Counted from the stretch's first letter, positions 1 to 9,684 are shown. The stretch is 64,000 bases of DNA from a bacterium (GCA_021813265.1 JAKALF010000001.1:2548-66547); one strand, 5' to 3'. Notes: generated from the sequence alone by a model not told the origin. A program made the numbers and translations.

Positions 1-1
1 A

Positions 2-262
2 AAGATAGGTCTCTTTGACACCAGTCGATGGTTTTACGTCCTCATCTTTAGCGCATCGCTTGAACTTTCGGCTGAACTTAAAAATTTCAAGCCCGATCCG
101 GACGGCGATATCGTGAACCGGCAATGGTTCAATCCGGAAACCGACTTCAAGATTGGTTTCAACGGACTCTGCCTCAAAGGCTCGGAGGAGCCCGTCTACG
201 CCGATCACGTTGAGACAATCCGAAAATATATGATCGGATTGTTATCAAAAAAAATTAGATAA
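2..262 (+). CDS. 3' end of a hypothetical protein; the gene starts upstream of the window
   Basis: Open frame 2 runs from the window edge to TAA at 260-262 and is followed by a GC hairpin plus T-run. No recognisable motifs. Confidence 0.35.
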   Translation, partial: KIGLFDTSRWFYVLIFSASLELSAELKNFKPDPDGDIVNRQWFNPETDFKIGFNGLCLKGSEEPVYADHVETIRKYMIGLLSKKIR

Positions 263-284
263 AGCCCCCTTCGGGGCTTTTTAT
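262..284. terminator. bidirectional intrinsic terminator (agcccc-cttc-ggggct + T-run)
   Basis: Perfect 6-bp GC stem with a 4-nt loop, flanked by A-run and T-run, lying between convergent ORFs. Confidence 0.6.
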
Positions 285-748
285 TTCCCGCCCTTTCCTT
301 CAAAAGGACCGAGAATGTTAAAACTTCTTAAGATAAAGAGGAGAAGGGTGACTCCAATCGTCGCGATAACGGCGAAAGAAATGAGTCCGATACCGCACAA
401 AACTCCGATGGAAGCCACGAACCAAATCGTCGCGGCGGTTGTAAGGCTTCGCACGTGCGTTCCCTGCTTTACGATAATCCCCGCTCCCAAAAATCCGATG
501 CCTACGACGACATTCGCGATAACGGCGAAAAATCCGCTATTGCGGGCGATAACATCGGAAAGATTCCCGACCTCAACGACATACGGGAGCATGACGCCAA
601 TCATGGCAAAAATAGAAGCGCCCGCCGAGACCATCAAATCGGTTCTCACGCCCGCTTCTTTGTGAGCCAGCTCCCGTTCAATGCCGATAATGACTCCCAA
701 GAAAAGGGCGACACCGAGACGGAAAAGCATGTCGGATAAGGTAAGCAT
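281..748 (-). CDS. mgtC: MgtC/SapB family membrane protein
   Basis: 155 aa, multi-TM, with a GIERE-like motif near the N-terminus typical of MgtC. Confidence 0.6.
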   Translation of the reverse strand: MLTLSDMLFRLGVALFLGVIIGIERELAHKEAGVRTDLMVSAGASIFAMIGVMLPYVVEVGNLSDVIARNSGFFAVIANVVVGIGFLGAGIIVKQGTHVRSLTTAATIWFVASIGVLCGIGLISFAVIATIGVTLLLFILRSFNILGPFEGKGGK

Positions 749-779
749 ATACCATAGTATATCATACTTTCCCTCCCTT

Positions 780-1355
780 TTATTTTCTGAACATTTTTAT
801 TACCGGCAAAAACGAGATAACAATAACAGTCGCGATGATATAGGTAAGGTAGCGCTCTATTTCAGGAACCACGCCTCCCAAGAGATATCCTAAAAGAAGC
901 AGGCCGGCGGCCCACAGAATTCCTCCCCATACGTTGTATGAAAAAAAGGTTTTGTACTCCATTTCTCCCACGCCGGCAAATATGGGAACAAAGGTTCTCA
1001 CGATAGGAATGAAACGAGCCAGAATAACGGCCTTCTTCCCGTGTTCCTCGTAAAATATCCGAGCGCGTTCAATGTGCCGTTTATGAAAAAAGAAGGAATC
1101 TTCTCGTTTAAAAACCCTGGGACCGAACTTTTTTCCAAAAAAATATCCGAAGGTGTCTCCCAAGATCGCTCCCAAAACGCAGAGAACGAGAAGAATCCCT
1201 ACATGAAAATACCCCTGAGAAGCTAAAAGTCCGAGCGTGAAAAGAAGGGAATCTCCCGGAAGAAAAAATCCGAAGAGGAATCCCGATTCCGCGAAAAACG
1301 TAAAAAAGATTCCTATATACCCGAAGGTGATAATGCTATTTTGGAGATATTCCAT
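780..1355 (-). CDS. DedA family (VTT domain) membrane protein
   Basis: 191 aa with the characteristic FIPxVRTFxP...G DedA core and hydrophobic segments. Confidence 0.6.
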   Translation of the reverse strand: MEYLQNSIITFGYIGIFFTFFAESGFLFGFFLPGDSLLFTLGLLASQGYFHVGILLVLCVLGAILGDTFGYFFGKKFGPRVFKREDSFFFHKRHIERARIFYEEHGKKAVILARFIPIVRTFVPIFAGVGEMEYKTFFSYNVWGGILWAAGLLLLGYLLGGVVPEIERYLTYIIATVIVISFLPVIKMFRK

Positions 1356-1422
1356 AGATATATATAGTACCCGCGGGAGGGAAAATAAGAAATAGCCCCT
1401 TAGGATGGCTAAGGGGCATAGA

Positions 1423-1641
1423 TCAAACTTTCGATTTTCTAGAAGGAGAGAAACGCGAGAGAGTTTTTGCGAACGGCGGATTTAAAAATTCATCCAACTC
1501 GTTTCTTGTTCCAAGAAACGTGAAGCCGTCCGAGAAAGAGAATTCAAATCGCTGACAGTAATATCTCTTTCCATTTTCCATAAACTCCCTGACGCCTTTG
1601 GCGTCATGAATATCAAGAAGAACCGCTACATCTTTTTTCAT
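1423..1641 (-). CDS. hypothetical protein (72 aa)
   Basis: ORF only. Confidence 0.25.
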   Translation of the reverse strand: MKKDVAVLLDIHDAKGVREFMENGKRYYCQRFEFSFSDGFTFLGTRNELDEFLNPPFAKTLSRFSPSRKSKV

Positions 1642-1679
1642 ATTACCCTCCAGTTAAGAATCTGATATAAGTATAAGGG

Positions 1680-2048
1680 TTAGTTACCTAAAAACAAATA
1701 GATCGCGGCTCTTCCCACGTCGGAGAGAACTCCCCCTTTCACTTCTTCGCAAACGTCGTCAATACGCGCCCGCCTTCCGCCCTCATCCGCAAAAAGATAG
1801 TTGTCTTGAAGATATCCTATCTTATCCCCCTCTTCGTTATAGATTCTTTGGTCTATAAAGTAGCCGAGCTTTTTCCCGTCGCGGTTATAGATGCGGTTTT
1901 CATCATACCAACCGATCTTTTCTCCTCCCCTTCTTATATCATTATCTTCTATGTAAATCATGGGGTTTGATAAAGCAATTTTATGTATTGTTTTAAAAAT
2001 AAGCAATACGGTCCATATATTTTTTTCCGCAAGAATTTTCCAGCTCAA
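1680..2048 (-). CDS. hypothetical repeat protein (about 22-aa IGxYxDxxRIYNxxGxK repeats)
   Basis: Three imperfect tandem peptide repeats are visible in the translation. Confidence 0.35.
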   Translation of the reverse strand: MSWKILAEKNIWTVLLIFKTIHKIALSNPMIYIEDNDIRRGGEKIGWYDENRIYNRDGKKLGYFIDQRIYNEEGDKIGYLQDNYLFADEGGRRARIDDVCEEVKGGVLSDVGRAAIYLFLGN

Positions 2049-2595
2049 ATAAAATCATCTGTACGGATTTATAGGGACTTGCTGGCAACGAATCAATATA
2101 CTTATATCGCCTATATTTAGGTTGCCATAAAACACGCGATAATTCGTTCAAATTAACAAAGAGGGAATAAAGAATATTATCGCCTTGTTCTGGAGAAAAT
2201 TTATTCAAATCGGATTTATCGTTTGGAAAACGAATATGATAAGTTAATGGTCCAATTTCATGGCAAATCATTTTCACCGCGGCATGGCGAATATAGCCGT
2301 TTTGGTGTTGAAGTAGATGAAAAAGCCAAGGAAAAAGAAAATCAGGATCGTTTTCTCTGTTACGCAGAAAATATATAACTGAAATTGCCATCACGAAATT
2401 TTCCTGCCGCCAATCTTCGAAAACGCGGATATAATTTTCCGGCGCTGTATCAATGAGAATGGAAATTTCTTTGTATATATCCCTATTATTCGCTGATGAA
2501 CTATATAAAAGTTTTCTTACCTCGCGCGCGGCTTGGCGGCTTTTCTCTTTATCGCCATTTAAAATGGCGTTAAAACATTCTTTGATAGTATTCAT
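1993..2595 (-). CDS. hypothetical protein (200 aa)
   Basis: ORF only. Its 3' end overlaps the next ORF by 56 nt. Confidence 0.35.
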   Translation of the reverse strand: MNTIKECFNAILNGDKEKSRQAAREVRKLLYSSSANNRDIYKEISILIDTAPENYIRVFEDWRQENFVMAISVIYFLRNRENDPDFLFPWLFHLLQHQNGYIRHAAVKMICHEIGPLTYHIRFPNDKSDLNKFSPEQGDNILYSLFVNLNELSRVLWQPKYRRYKYIDSLPASPYKSVQMILFELENSCGKKYMDRIAYF

Positions 2596-2641
2596 GATTT
2601 ATTCCAGACTTTCATTTTTACGGACTACAAAATCAAGAATT

Positions 2642-3013
2642 TTAAATAATCTGACGATGTAATTCCGCTTCCAAGGAGCGGTAGAAATCGCGGATAATAA
2701 AGGTGTAAATACCGCTCTCTGTTTTTTCGCTATCCTCGGCGTCTTCCATTCCTTTCTCCACGATCTCACCCAGTTTTTCTTTAGTTTCCGCACTTGAAAA
2801 TTGTGGGGCAGATTGTTCGGCTGGATTTGCTTTCTGCATTAAGTCATAAGTTTGAGGATTGGTGTTAATACCGATCAAAATCCGAACTTTCTTTGTTTTC
2901 TCAAGAGATTTATAAATAGCGTGAAAACCACTGGCATAAAAATAACCGACCAAGCAATTAAAGAATTTGGTGTCTTTAATTCTTTCCGAATTGGTCTTGG
3001 GTTCTCGGTACAT
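2642..3013 (-). CDS. hypothetical protein, possibly an N-terminal fragment of a PLD-like nuclease/helicase
   Basis: 123 aa. LVGYFYASGF...KKVRILIG resembles the start of PLDc_2-type domains, but no HKD motif is present. Confidence 0.3.
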   Translation of the reverse strand: MYREPKTNSERIKDTKFFNCLVGYFYASGFHAIYKSLEKTKKVRILIGINTNPQTYDLMQKANPAEQSAPQFSSAETKEKLGEIVEKGMEDAEDSEKTESGIYTFIIRDFYRSLEAELHRQII

Positions 3014-3350
3014 ATTGCACCGTTAAAAGCTGTTCTTTCTGCCTTTTTTGAGCTAAAACTATATCTTTAAGCATATTATTTTACTTTCATTGGACAGGAT
3101 ATTTTTATTTTGTCCAATACATATAGTATAATGGACAAAAGAAGGAAATACAAGAGATAAGGTTTAAACCAAAAATTAGTGAATTAGAGAACCAAAAATC
3201 ATAATCGACATGACGGTCGAATTTACGCCCGTCGTAACCGACAAATCAAAACCCAAGATGATTGACCTTAAAACGCGAAAATCCCGACAGATTGGCGAGA
3301 TTCTCGAGATGGCGTCCAATCAACCGGACTTGGTTATATCAAATACCGTC

Positions 3351-3427
3351 TGGGGTGCCTGATGGGAATCGAACCCACGACGACTTGCTCCACAGGCAAG
3401 CGCTCTACCAACTGAGCTACAGGCACC
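3351..3427 (-). tRNA. tRNA-His (GTG) with G-1 and encoded CCA
   Basis: Cloverleaf folded by eye: 8-bp acceptor including G-1:C73, anticodon loop CTGTGGA, T-loop TTCGATT. Confidence 0.85.
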
Positions 3428-3447
3428 ATACAAGAAAAAGAATACTA

Positions 3448-3882
3448 TTATTCGTTTAGGTCTTCAAGATAAGGACGTTTGCTCTGATATCGATGTTTTT
3501 TCTTTAAACTATGCGTGTTTCTCTCTTCCCTAAATTTTTCTTCAATTCCTAAAGGAGGTTCCGTGGGAATACGGACTTTGGGAATTTCCAAGGCTTTTTC
3601 AATAAGAATATTCATGATTTCGAGAGCTCGATCGTGGTTTTGCTCCTGGGAACGTTCTTCTTCGCATGAAACTTCAAGTTCGTCATTTTTAGTAATATGA
3701 GAGGTAAGCTTTTCTCGCAAGAGACTCCGTTCTTCATCTCTTAGGGGAAGGTCAAAAATCTTCGCCCAAATTTGAACTTTCGTTGAGCGTTTGTTCACGT
3801 TCTGCCCTCCCGGACCTCTTGAACGGGCCGCCTTAAAACGCGTGTTTTCTTTGGTAACATAAACCATGATTGTCTTTTGCAA
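3448..3882 (-). CDS. arfB: peptidyl-tRNA hydrolase ArfB-like (RF-1 GGQ domain protein)
   Basis: GPGGQNVNK motif and a basic C-terminal tail, 144 aa. Confidence 0.6.
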   Translation of the reverse strand: MQKTIMVYVTKENTRFKAARSRGPGGQNVNKRSTKVQIWAKIFDLPLRDEERSLLREKLTSHITKNDELEVSCEEERSQEQNHDRALEIMNILIEKALEIPKVRIPTEPPLGIEEKFREERNTHSLKKKHRYQSKRPYLEDLNE

Positions 3883-3906
3883 GGAATCATAGTATATAAT
3901 GGTTGA

Positions 3907-4560
3907 ATGAGCAATTTAGTTGATATTTTCACAGGATTGGTTGCTCAATATCCTTCCTGGACGTATACCATATTGGGAATCGGCACGCTTCTTCAAGGTG
4001 AAGCGGCTATTTTATTCGCGACCTATCTTCTTATTAATAAGGTTATAACCTGGCCTGGATTTTTAGGATCAACGCTTTCCGGTCTTATTATCGGCGAAAC
4101 CTTCGTATATCTTTTCGGAAGAATCATGCGGAATACCCGCTTCGGATGGAAACTATACTACAAAAAGAAAGCGAGTAGAAAGCTTCAGTTGTATACCTAC
4201 TATCTGAAAAAGAACATGATCAAGCTTTTTGTTGTCGCGAAGTTCATTCCCGGAACCAATCTTGCTATCTTTGTTTTAAGCGGCTGGTCAAAAATACCCT
4301 TCAAGAAATTTATGAAAGCCTACCTCGCAAGCGTTATCGTGTGGTTTTCAGCCATGACCGCTATCGCCTATTCGGCCATGAGCGGTATCACCTACCTTAG
4401 AACGACGAAAATATTCAAACAAGCGGAAATAGGAATCGTGATACTCATTATCGTTATCATCATCGTTGAACGATTCTTGAGAAAATATTTCAACAAACAA
4501 ACCTTCGGTTTTGAAGCTAAGGAAGACAATGAATTGGAAGAAAAAGAAAATCCCATGTAA
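3907..4560 (+). CDS. DedA/VTT family membrane protein
   Basis: KFIPGTNLAIFVLSG...PFKKF motif, multi-TM. Confidence 0.5.
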   Translation: MSNLVDIFTGLVAQYPSWTYTILGIGTLLQGEAAILFATYLLINKVITWPGFLGSTLSGLIIGETFVYLFGRIMRNTRFGWKLYYKKKASRKLQLYTYYLKKNMIKLFVVAKFIPGTNLAIFVLSGWSKIPFKKFMKAYLASVIVWFSAMTAIAYSAMSGITYLRTTKIFKQAEIGIVILIIVIIIVERFLRKYFNKQTFGFEAKEDNELEEKENPM

Positions 4561-4562
4561 CG

Positions 4563-5441
4563 TTAAAATACATGGGATTTATTATTACCTGAAATCATGA
4601 GGGCGTATTGATACACCGCTCTCACGTACGCCCTGGAATTGTTATATCTCCAAAGCGCTTTATCTTGCTTTGATCTATTTTTACCCTTCCACCCGTTTTG
4701 GAAGAGATAATTTCCGACGCTTGCCATCGCGTCGTCTTTCTCGAAAAGATCCGCCCTGTGATCTCCATCCCAATCAACGGCATAGTGTTGATATGAGTAC
4801 GGCATGAACTGAGGCAGGCCAAACGCTCCCGCCCACGATCCCCGAATTTGAAGCGGATCCCATTTCATCTCTCTTGAAACTTCAAGAAACGACCTGAACT
4901 GTTTAAGAAGATGAGAAACGGGTCTCCCTCGTTTTCTATTTATATAATATCTGGTATAGAAAACGTTGGGAACGTAATATCTTCCGAGAAGTCTCCCGAG
5001 GTCAGTTTCAACTTTTAATATGGAAACGATAACGGGGGGCGGAACGGAAAAAACTGAACTAATCTTTTTGAGTTCCGCGAGGTTTTTATTCAAAAACCCC
5101 CTTCCTCTCTTAATGGATTGATCCGTAAAGAGAAAAGAATATCCTTTCCATTTTGGAATGACTTTTGGAGGAAAAAGGATAAGCGAATCGATTCCGAATC
5201 TCGGATCGTTAAACAGGGAATCGATAAGGGCGGGATCGTCAAACCCTCTTTCAAGGGTTATTTTGAGCTCGTTATGAAACCCGTGTCTCCCTCTAGGTTC
5301 GGGAGGATGGATATATGGAACGGGAACAGCTCTTTTTATCTCTGTCTTCCCCATCTTAAGAATATCTCCCCCTATGGTAACCGGAAGAATGAAAAAAAGA
5401 AGGAGAAAGAAAAGAAAAAACGAAATGTTTAGCAAGCGCAT
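4563..5441 (-). CDS. mltB: lytic murein transglycosylase (MltB-like)
   Basis: GAFGLPQFMPYSY...DWDGD...ASVGNYL block typical of the MltB/SLT-2 family, with an N-terminal signal/TM segment. Confidence 0.6.
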   Translation of the reverse strand: MRLLNISFFLFFLLLFFILPVTIGGDILKMGKTEIKRAVPVPYIHPPEPRGRHGFHNELKITLERGFDDPALIDSLFNDPRFGIDSLILFPPKVIPKWKGYSFLFTDQSIKRGRGFLNKNLAELKKISSVFSVPPPVIVSILKVETDLGRLLGRYYVPNVFYTRYYINRKRGRPVSHLLKQFRSFLEVSREMKWDPLQIRGSWAGAFGLPQFMPYSYQHYAVDWDGDHRADLFEKDDAMASVGNYLFQNGWKGKNRSKQDKALWRYNNSRAYVRAVYQYALMISGNNKSHVF

Positions 5442-5566
5442 AATGGCCTCCAGTTAATTAAATGACGCTGAAATCAGATTAAGAAAAAGGAGGAGGAAAG
5501 GCAAATGAGATAGTCTAGTTTTTAGTGAAATAATAAAGCTCCCAAAATTTTGAGAGCTTCTTTGTT

Positions 5567-5863
5567 TTACTTCAATGGTTTAAAGGATCCGTCTCCATAA
5601 AGAATCCCCTGAAGCGGCCTTGGATTTTTTAAGTAGGATCTTATCACTTCTGGATCCGTAATATACACTTTTTTCCCCTCGTATGTCGCGACCATAGCAA
5701 ACTTTGAATCAGCCTCCGACCACGAATCGAAGTAAAGGATTTTTTCGCCGACTTCAGTAAATCCTTTCTTCACTTTGTAAGCTACGAGTTGTAACGCCAT
5801 AACCAAGCAAATTACAAGGAGCGCCACAAAAAATACGCCTTTAGGAAGAATGAGCTTTTTCAT
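5567..5863 (-). CDS. hypothetical membrane-anchored protein
   Basis: N-terminal TM helix, then ORF only. Confidence 0.3.
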   Translation of the reverse strand: MKKLILPKGVFFVALLVICLVMALQLVAYKVKKGFTEVGEKILYFDSWSEADSKFAMVATYEGKKVYITDPEVIRSYLKNPRPLQGILYGDGSFKPLK

Positions 5864-6357
5864 TCCACACCTCCTTTAATAAATGTAATGGAGGGGCAAA
5901 GATATTTTCTCTTTTTCTCAACAATATATATTCCTACTATTTTCAAAAAAGAGGGTCCTTTATCCTTCTTTACGGTATCTTTTTTCTTCAAAGAGGAGTT
6001 TTCACGTTTTCTTCTTTCTCTTTCTTTTAAATATTCCGCCAAAGACTCCGTGAATTTATTCAAAAGAATGACTCCAACAATGATTATTGCTATAGTTCCA
6101 ACTGTTAAGCCATATCCGACGCCACCAAAGAGATATATCGGCAGTGTAATGATAGAGAAGAAAAATATCCCGACAAGAATGACGTGGAGTAGAAGAATAA
6201 TTGGAGCGTAGATCAACGTTACCCGCATGAAGTAGCATAAGTTTGTGCCATCCTCCGCGTAGTATGATCTGCTAGTCTCGAAGAATTCATCTACGATACT
6301 AAGAGACCAAAAGAACCATCGGACATGCCAAAGATCTCGATTCAGTTTGAGTTCCAT
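5860..6357 (-). CDS. hypothetical membrane protein
   Basis: Two to three TM segments. Its stop overlaps the next gene. Confidence 0.3.
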   Translation of the reverse strand: MELKLNRDLWHVRWFFWSLSIVDEFFETSRSYYAEDGTNLCYFMRVTLIYAPIILLLHVILVGIFFFSIITLPIYLFGGVGYGLTVGTIAIIIVGVILLNKFTESLAEYLKERERRKRENSSLKKKDTVKKDKGPSFLKIVGIYIVEKKRKYLCPSITFIKGGVE

Positions 6358-6513
6358 ATGAACCTCCTTTAAAATGTTATTTTAAATGATATTTTATCAC
6401 CAAAATCGGTGGATTTTTTAGAAAAATTACTGGGATAAAGATAATATATTTACACATACAAGTCAAGGATGCGTACAAAACTAAAAAACCTCGTAAAATG
6501 ATAAAATTATTTA

Positions 6514-6873
6514 ATGAACGACTGTATTTTTTGCAAGACAAATAACAAAGAAGTTTCCGCGAAAATTGTCTTCGAAAACGATGATGTTTCGGCGTTTGCG
6601 CCTATTAAACAAGTCTCAAAAGGATATACGCTTGTCGTTCCAAAGAATCATTTCGAAAGCATTTTTGATATTGATAAAAACACCCTTGAAAAACTGATCG
6701 CCGTGTCAAAAGACTTGAGTGAACAGTTAGTGAAAGAAAATAATGCTACGGGTATTAACCTTCTCCACGCTTCGGGAAAAGACGCCCAGCAATCAGTTTT
6801 TCATTTCCACTTGCACATTGTTCCCCGATACGAAAATGACGGTTTAGATTTATGGTTGAGAGAAAAACTTTAA
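6514..6873 (+). CDS. HIT family (histidine triad) hydrolase
   Basis: HFHLHIVPR histidine-triad motif. Confidence 0.8.
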   Translation: MNDCIFCKTNNKEVSAKIVFENDDVSAFAPIKQVSKGYTLVVPKNHFESIFDIDKNTLEKLIAVSKDLSEQLVKENNATGINLLHASGKDAQQSVFHFHLHIVPRYENDGLDLWLREKL

Positions 6874-6877
6874 TTTT

Positions 6878-7357
6878 ATGAATCGAGAAAAATACCTTGA
6901 CCAAAATGAAAATTTAGATATCGACCTACAAGTTGCGTCTCCCTTGGACATTCCAAAGATAATTGAAATTGAAAAGAGTGTTTCGGGTGATAAGACATAT
7001 TCACCAATATTAACCGAGGAGGAATGGCAAGAAGCATTTAAGAAAGTTAAAACTTTTTTAATCAAAAATAAAAATGATCTTGTGGGTGAGGTTTCTTATG
7101 AAATAAAAGACTCGGAACATTCATATATAGATGGTCTTGTTATCAAACCAGAGTTTCAGGGAAAAGGCTTCGCGAGAAAAGCTATGGAAAAAATAATGGA
7201 AGAACTAAAAATATATAAAAGAATTGATTTGGTCACGCATCCAAAAAACAAACGAGCAATACGGCTTTATGAGTCGCTTGGTTTTAAAATTGAAAAACAA
7301 GTTGAAAATTATTTTGGTGACGGAGAACCGAGAATAGTTATGGTTTTCAAAAAATAA
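6878..7357 (+). CDS. GNAT family N-acetyltransferase
   Basis: Q/RxxGxG/A-like acetyl-CoA motif (FQGKGFARKAM), 159 aa. Confidence 0.6.
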   Translation: MNREKYLDQNENLDIDLQVASPLDIPKIIEIEKSVSGDKTYSPILTEEEWQEAFKKVKTFLIKNKNDLVGEVSYEIKDSEHSYIDGLVIKPEFQGKGFARKAMEKIMEELKIYKRIDLVTHPKNKRAIRLYESLGFKIEKQVENYFGDGEPRIVMVFKK

Positions 7358-7394
7358 TTTATATCCACACTGAAATGGCTAATCTATAAAATTC

Positions 7395-7469
7395 TGGTGC
7401 CGCGGGAGGGAATTGAACCCCCGACGCCAGCCTCTTCAGGGCTGCGCTCTACCACTGAGCTACCGCGGC
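7395..7469 (-). tRNA. tRNA-Phe (GAA)
   Basis: Acceptor GCCGCGG/CCGCGGC, anticodon loop CTGAAGA, T-loop TTCAATT, encoded CCA. Confidence 0.85.
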
Positions 7470-7526
7470 GTTATCAAACCACGCATTCTAGGATAAATAA
7501 GAAAGACGATACTGTAAAGGAAAATT

Positions 7527-7602
7527 GGTGCCCCCGCCAGGACTCGAACCCGGAACCTTCTCCTTAGAACGGAGCCGCTCTATCCAGTTGAGCTACAGGG
7601 GC
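7527..7602 (-). tRNA. tRNA-Arg (TCT) (anticodon stem has one G.A mismatch)
   Basis: Acceptor GCCCCTG/CGGGGGC, anticodon loop GTTCTAA, T-arm CCGGG-TTCGAGT-CCTGG, encoded CCA. Confidence 0.65.
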
Positions 7603-7666
7603 ATGTTATTAAAGACAAATTGATTCTAGAATAAAATTAGGATAGATTAAAGTCCGAAGCAAAAAA

Positions 7667-7737
7667 CGGAGAGTAGTATAGTGGTAGTACGCGTGCTTTG
7701 GGAGCACGTAGTCCGGGTTCGATTCCCGGCTCTCCGA
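7667..7737 (+). tRNA. tRNA-Pro (TGG)
   Basis: Acceptor CGGAGAG/CTCTCCG, anticodon loop TTTGGGA, T-loop TTCGATT. Confidence 0.8.
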
Positions 7738-8089
7738 CAAATTTTTCTTAATCAAACCTATATAAAAATACCGGAGTAAAATACTCCGGCACCAATGTTA
7801 TTAAGAGAGCAGGCTGGGCTACTAGCCAGTTCAAGCTTTCTTTCCAAAAAGAAATACCCGACTTTTACATACCGTGATTCGCTTATGAGATCACACCTTT
7901 TCCAAAGGCCAAGGGTCAATAAAGTAAACGCGGGCTCTTAATTTATTGTAAAGGCACGAAAATTTCCTCCTTATATTATAGAATATTTCGTTTTAACAGA
8001 TAAAGCAACTTTTAAATTAGACTTTATTGAACAACACTATAACCCCTGACGTTCTGACTGCTACCTTTTGGCACGCCCCTCACATTCGC

Positions 8090-8117
8090 TTGACACTCAT
8101 ATTCAAAAGGGTATGAT
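8090..8117 (+). promoter_or_regulatory. sigma70-like promoter TTGACA-16-TATGAT
   Basis: Near-consensus -35/-10 pair about 140 nt upstream of the 8259 ORF. Confidence 0.45.
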
Positions 8118-8258
8118 AGTCATCAGTTTTCAATTTTTTCTAAAACTTTTAAAACAACATAAGGAGGTAATATGAGCCGATATCATTCCGGCTTCAGATA
8201 ACTTTTCCAAAAATCTTTTTATATTCAAATATTTATTCATAAAAAAGATGAGGAAAAG

Positions 8259-8735
8259 ATGAAAAAACGAGCACAACAATACTCAAAGGGGGAAATAAAA
8301 AACATGGAGATTATGGAAAAAATCCATGAAAAAATCCTAGAAGTTCTAGGAGATCAGGAGGCCGCGAAAGAATCAATAGCCATGCGGTCATCGGGTGATT
8401 CACCGTTTTCCCAAGGCTCCCAATTCGGGAGCAACGAACAGGTGATCGCAAACCGCGTGAGCGAAATAAACAGATGTGGCAGTTTACTGCCCTATCTTCA
8501 CCTAGCGATTCTTAAAATAGAAACGGGAAGATTTGGAGTATGCGAGTATGGATCTTCGGATCCAAAAATGAAACACCTGATTCCCAAAGAAAGATTGTCC
8601 GCGATCCCTTGGGCGCGAACATGTATAAGTTGTAAAAACAAGGGAACGTCCAACGTAGGGACGGCAATCTATGCCCTATCAAGGGGAAAGATACTAAAAA
8701 ATGAGGATGGTATATGGCTTTGCAGTACTGGATGA
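8259..8735 (+). CDS. DksA/TraR family zinc-finger-like protein
   Basis: C-terminal CEYG...RLSAIPWARTCISC aligns with the TraR/DksA C4 finger, though the second Cys is replaced. There is a good RBS. Confidence 0.45.
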   Translation: MKKRAQQYSKGEIKNMEIMEKIHEKILEVLGDQEAAKESIAMRSSGDSPFSQGSQFGSNEQVIANRVSEINRCGSLLPYLHLAILKIETGRFGVCEYGSSDPKMKHLIPKERLSAIPWARTCISCKNKGTSNVGTAIYALSRGKILKNEDGIWLCSTG

Positions 8736-8763
8736 TACGATGATGAGGTAGAATTTTTTAAAG

Positions 8764-8798
8764 ACCCCGCTTAGATGCATAGAGCGGGGTATATTTTT
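8764..8798. terminator. bidirectional intrinsic terminator (accccgc...gcggggt)
   Basis: 7-bp GC stem between convergent genes with a T-run. Confidence 0.55.
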
Positions 8799-8799
8799 G

Positions 8800-9402
8800 C
8801 TATCGAACCAAAGCGTCAAACTCCCCCATCTTTTGAAGGAACTGGTTATTTAAAGCGTTAATCTTTTTTACCCCCCCATTAGCTTCTTGAAGCGCCGACT
8901 GGACCGCTTGTCTGTTTGCTTGCGTGTTTTGGGATATAGTGGAAGAAAGTTCGTCTAAAAACGTGTTTACGTTTTTCGTGTAGACGATAAACTCGCTTAC
9001 GAGCGCGAGTTCGGTAGCGACGGCTTCATAGGCTATTCTCTGGCTTTCTCCCGAGATATTTTGCAAAGACTCTGCAAGGTTTTTAAGCTGACCGGAAAGT
9101 TCAAACGCTTTTTCATATGCCGTATTATTCTTTTTACGGGCTTGATTGATAAGACCTAAGGCATCCTTTCCTTTCCCTTGAATATCAAGTTTATTAGCGT
9201 CCTCAAGAGCCTTCTCGGTTTGATTGGTTAAGGTAACAATTTCCTGACTGATGGCCGCCGCGTTATCGCGACTTGAAATAAACGTCTCGGGGAGACTTTT
9301 TGTTGAAAAAGCGAGAACCCCCATGACGGATCCGGTGATAAAAAAGACTATTCCTACGATAACAAGAGCTCTTTTATGATGAAGAGCCTTTAGTATACTC
9401 AT
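8800..9402 (-). CDS. hypothetical membrane-anchored coiled-coil protein
   Basis: N-terminal TM helix, then Q/E/L-rich heptad-like sequence. Confidence 0.35.
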   Translation of the reverse strand: MSILKALHHKRALVIVGIVFFITGSVMGVLAFSTKSLPETFISSRDNAAAISQEIVTLTNQTEKALEDANKLDIQGKGKDALGLINQARKKNNTAYEKAFELSGQLKNLAESLQNISGESQRIAYEAVATELALVSEFIVYTKNVNTFLDELSSTISQNTQANRQAVQSALQEANGGVKKINALNNQFLQKMGEFDALVR

Positions 9403-9489
9403 AGTTTATGTACGTAAACGGTACTATAAACCATGAGTATTTTCAATAGGATTGCATTTAGCTATAGTTCTATATAATCTGAAGAGAAC

Positions 9490-9563
9490 GCGGGTATGGT
9501 ATAACGGTATTATGTCACCCTTCCAAGGTGAAGACACGGGTCCGACTCCCGTTACCCGCTCCA
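9490..9563 (+). tRNA. tRNA-Gly (TCC)
   Basis: Strong similarity to the canonical glyT pattern: GCGGGTA...CCTTCCAAGG...TACCCGCTCCA. Anticodon loop CTTCCAA. It is hidden inside a spurious 72-aa minus-strand ORF. Confidence 0.8.
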
Positions 9564-9684
9564 AGATTTCACTTTCGGATTTTTCACCGAGCATTTGGTG
9601 AGTAATGCTTATTACCTCCCGCACGAAATGAGAAAAACACATCTTTAAGTTCGGTCTCCAAGGAATATTTTTTGTGAATCGGCT

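Noticed and set aside
3262-3459. 65-aa plus-strand ORF
   Set aside because: It overlaps tRNA-His entirely and is an artefact.
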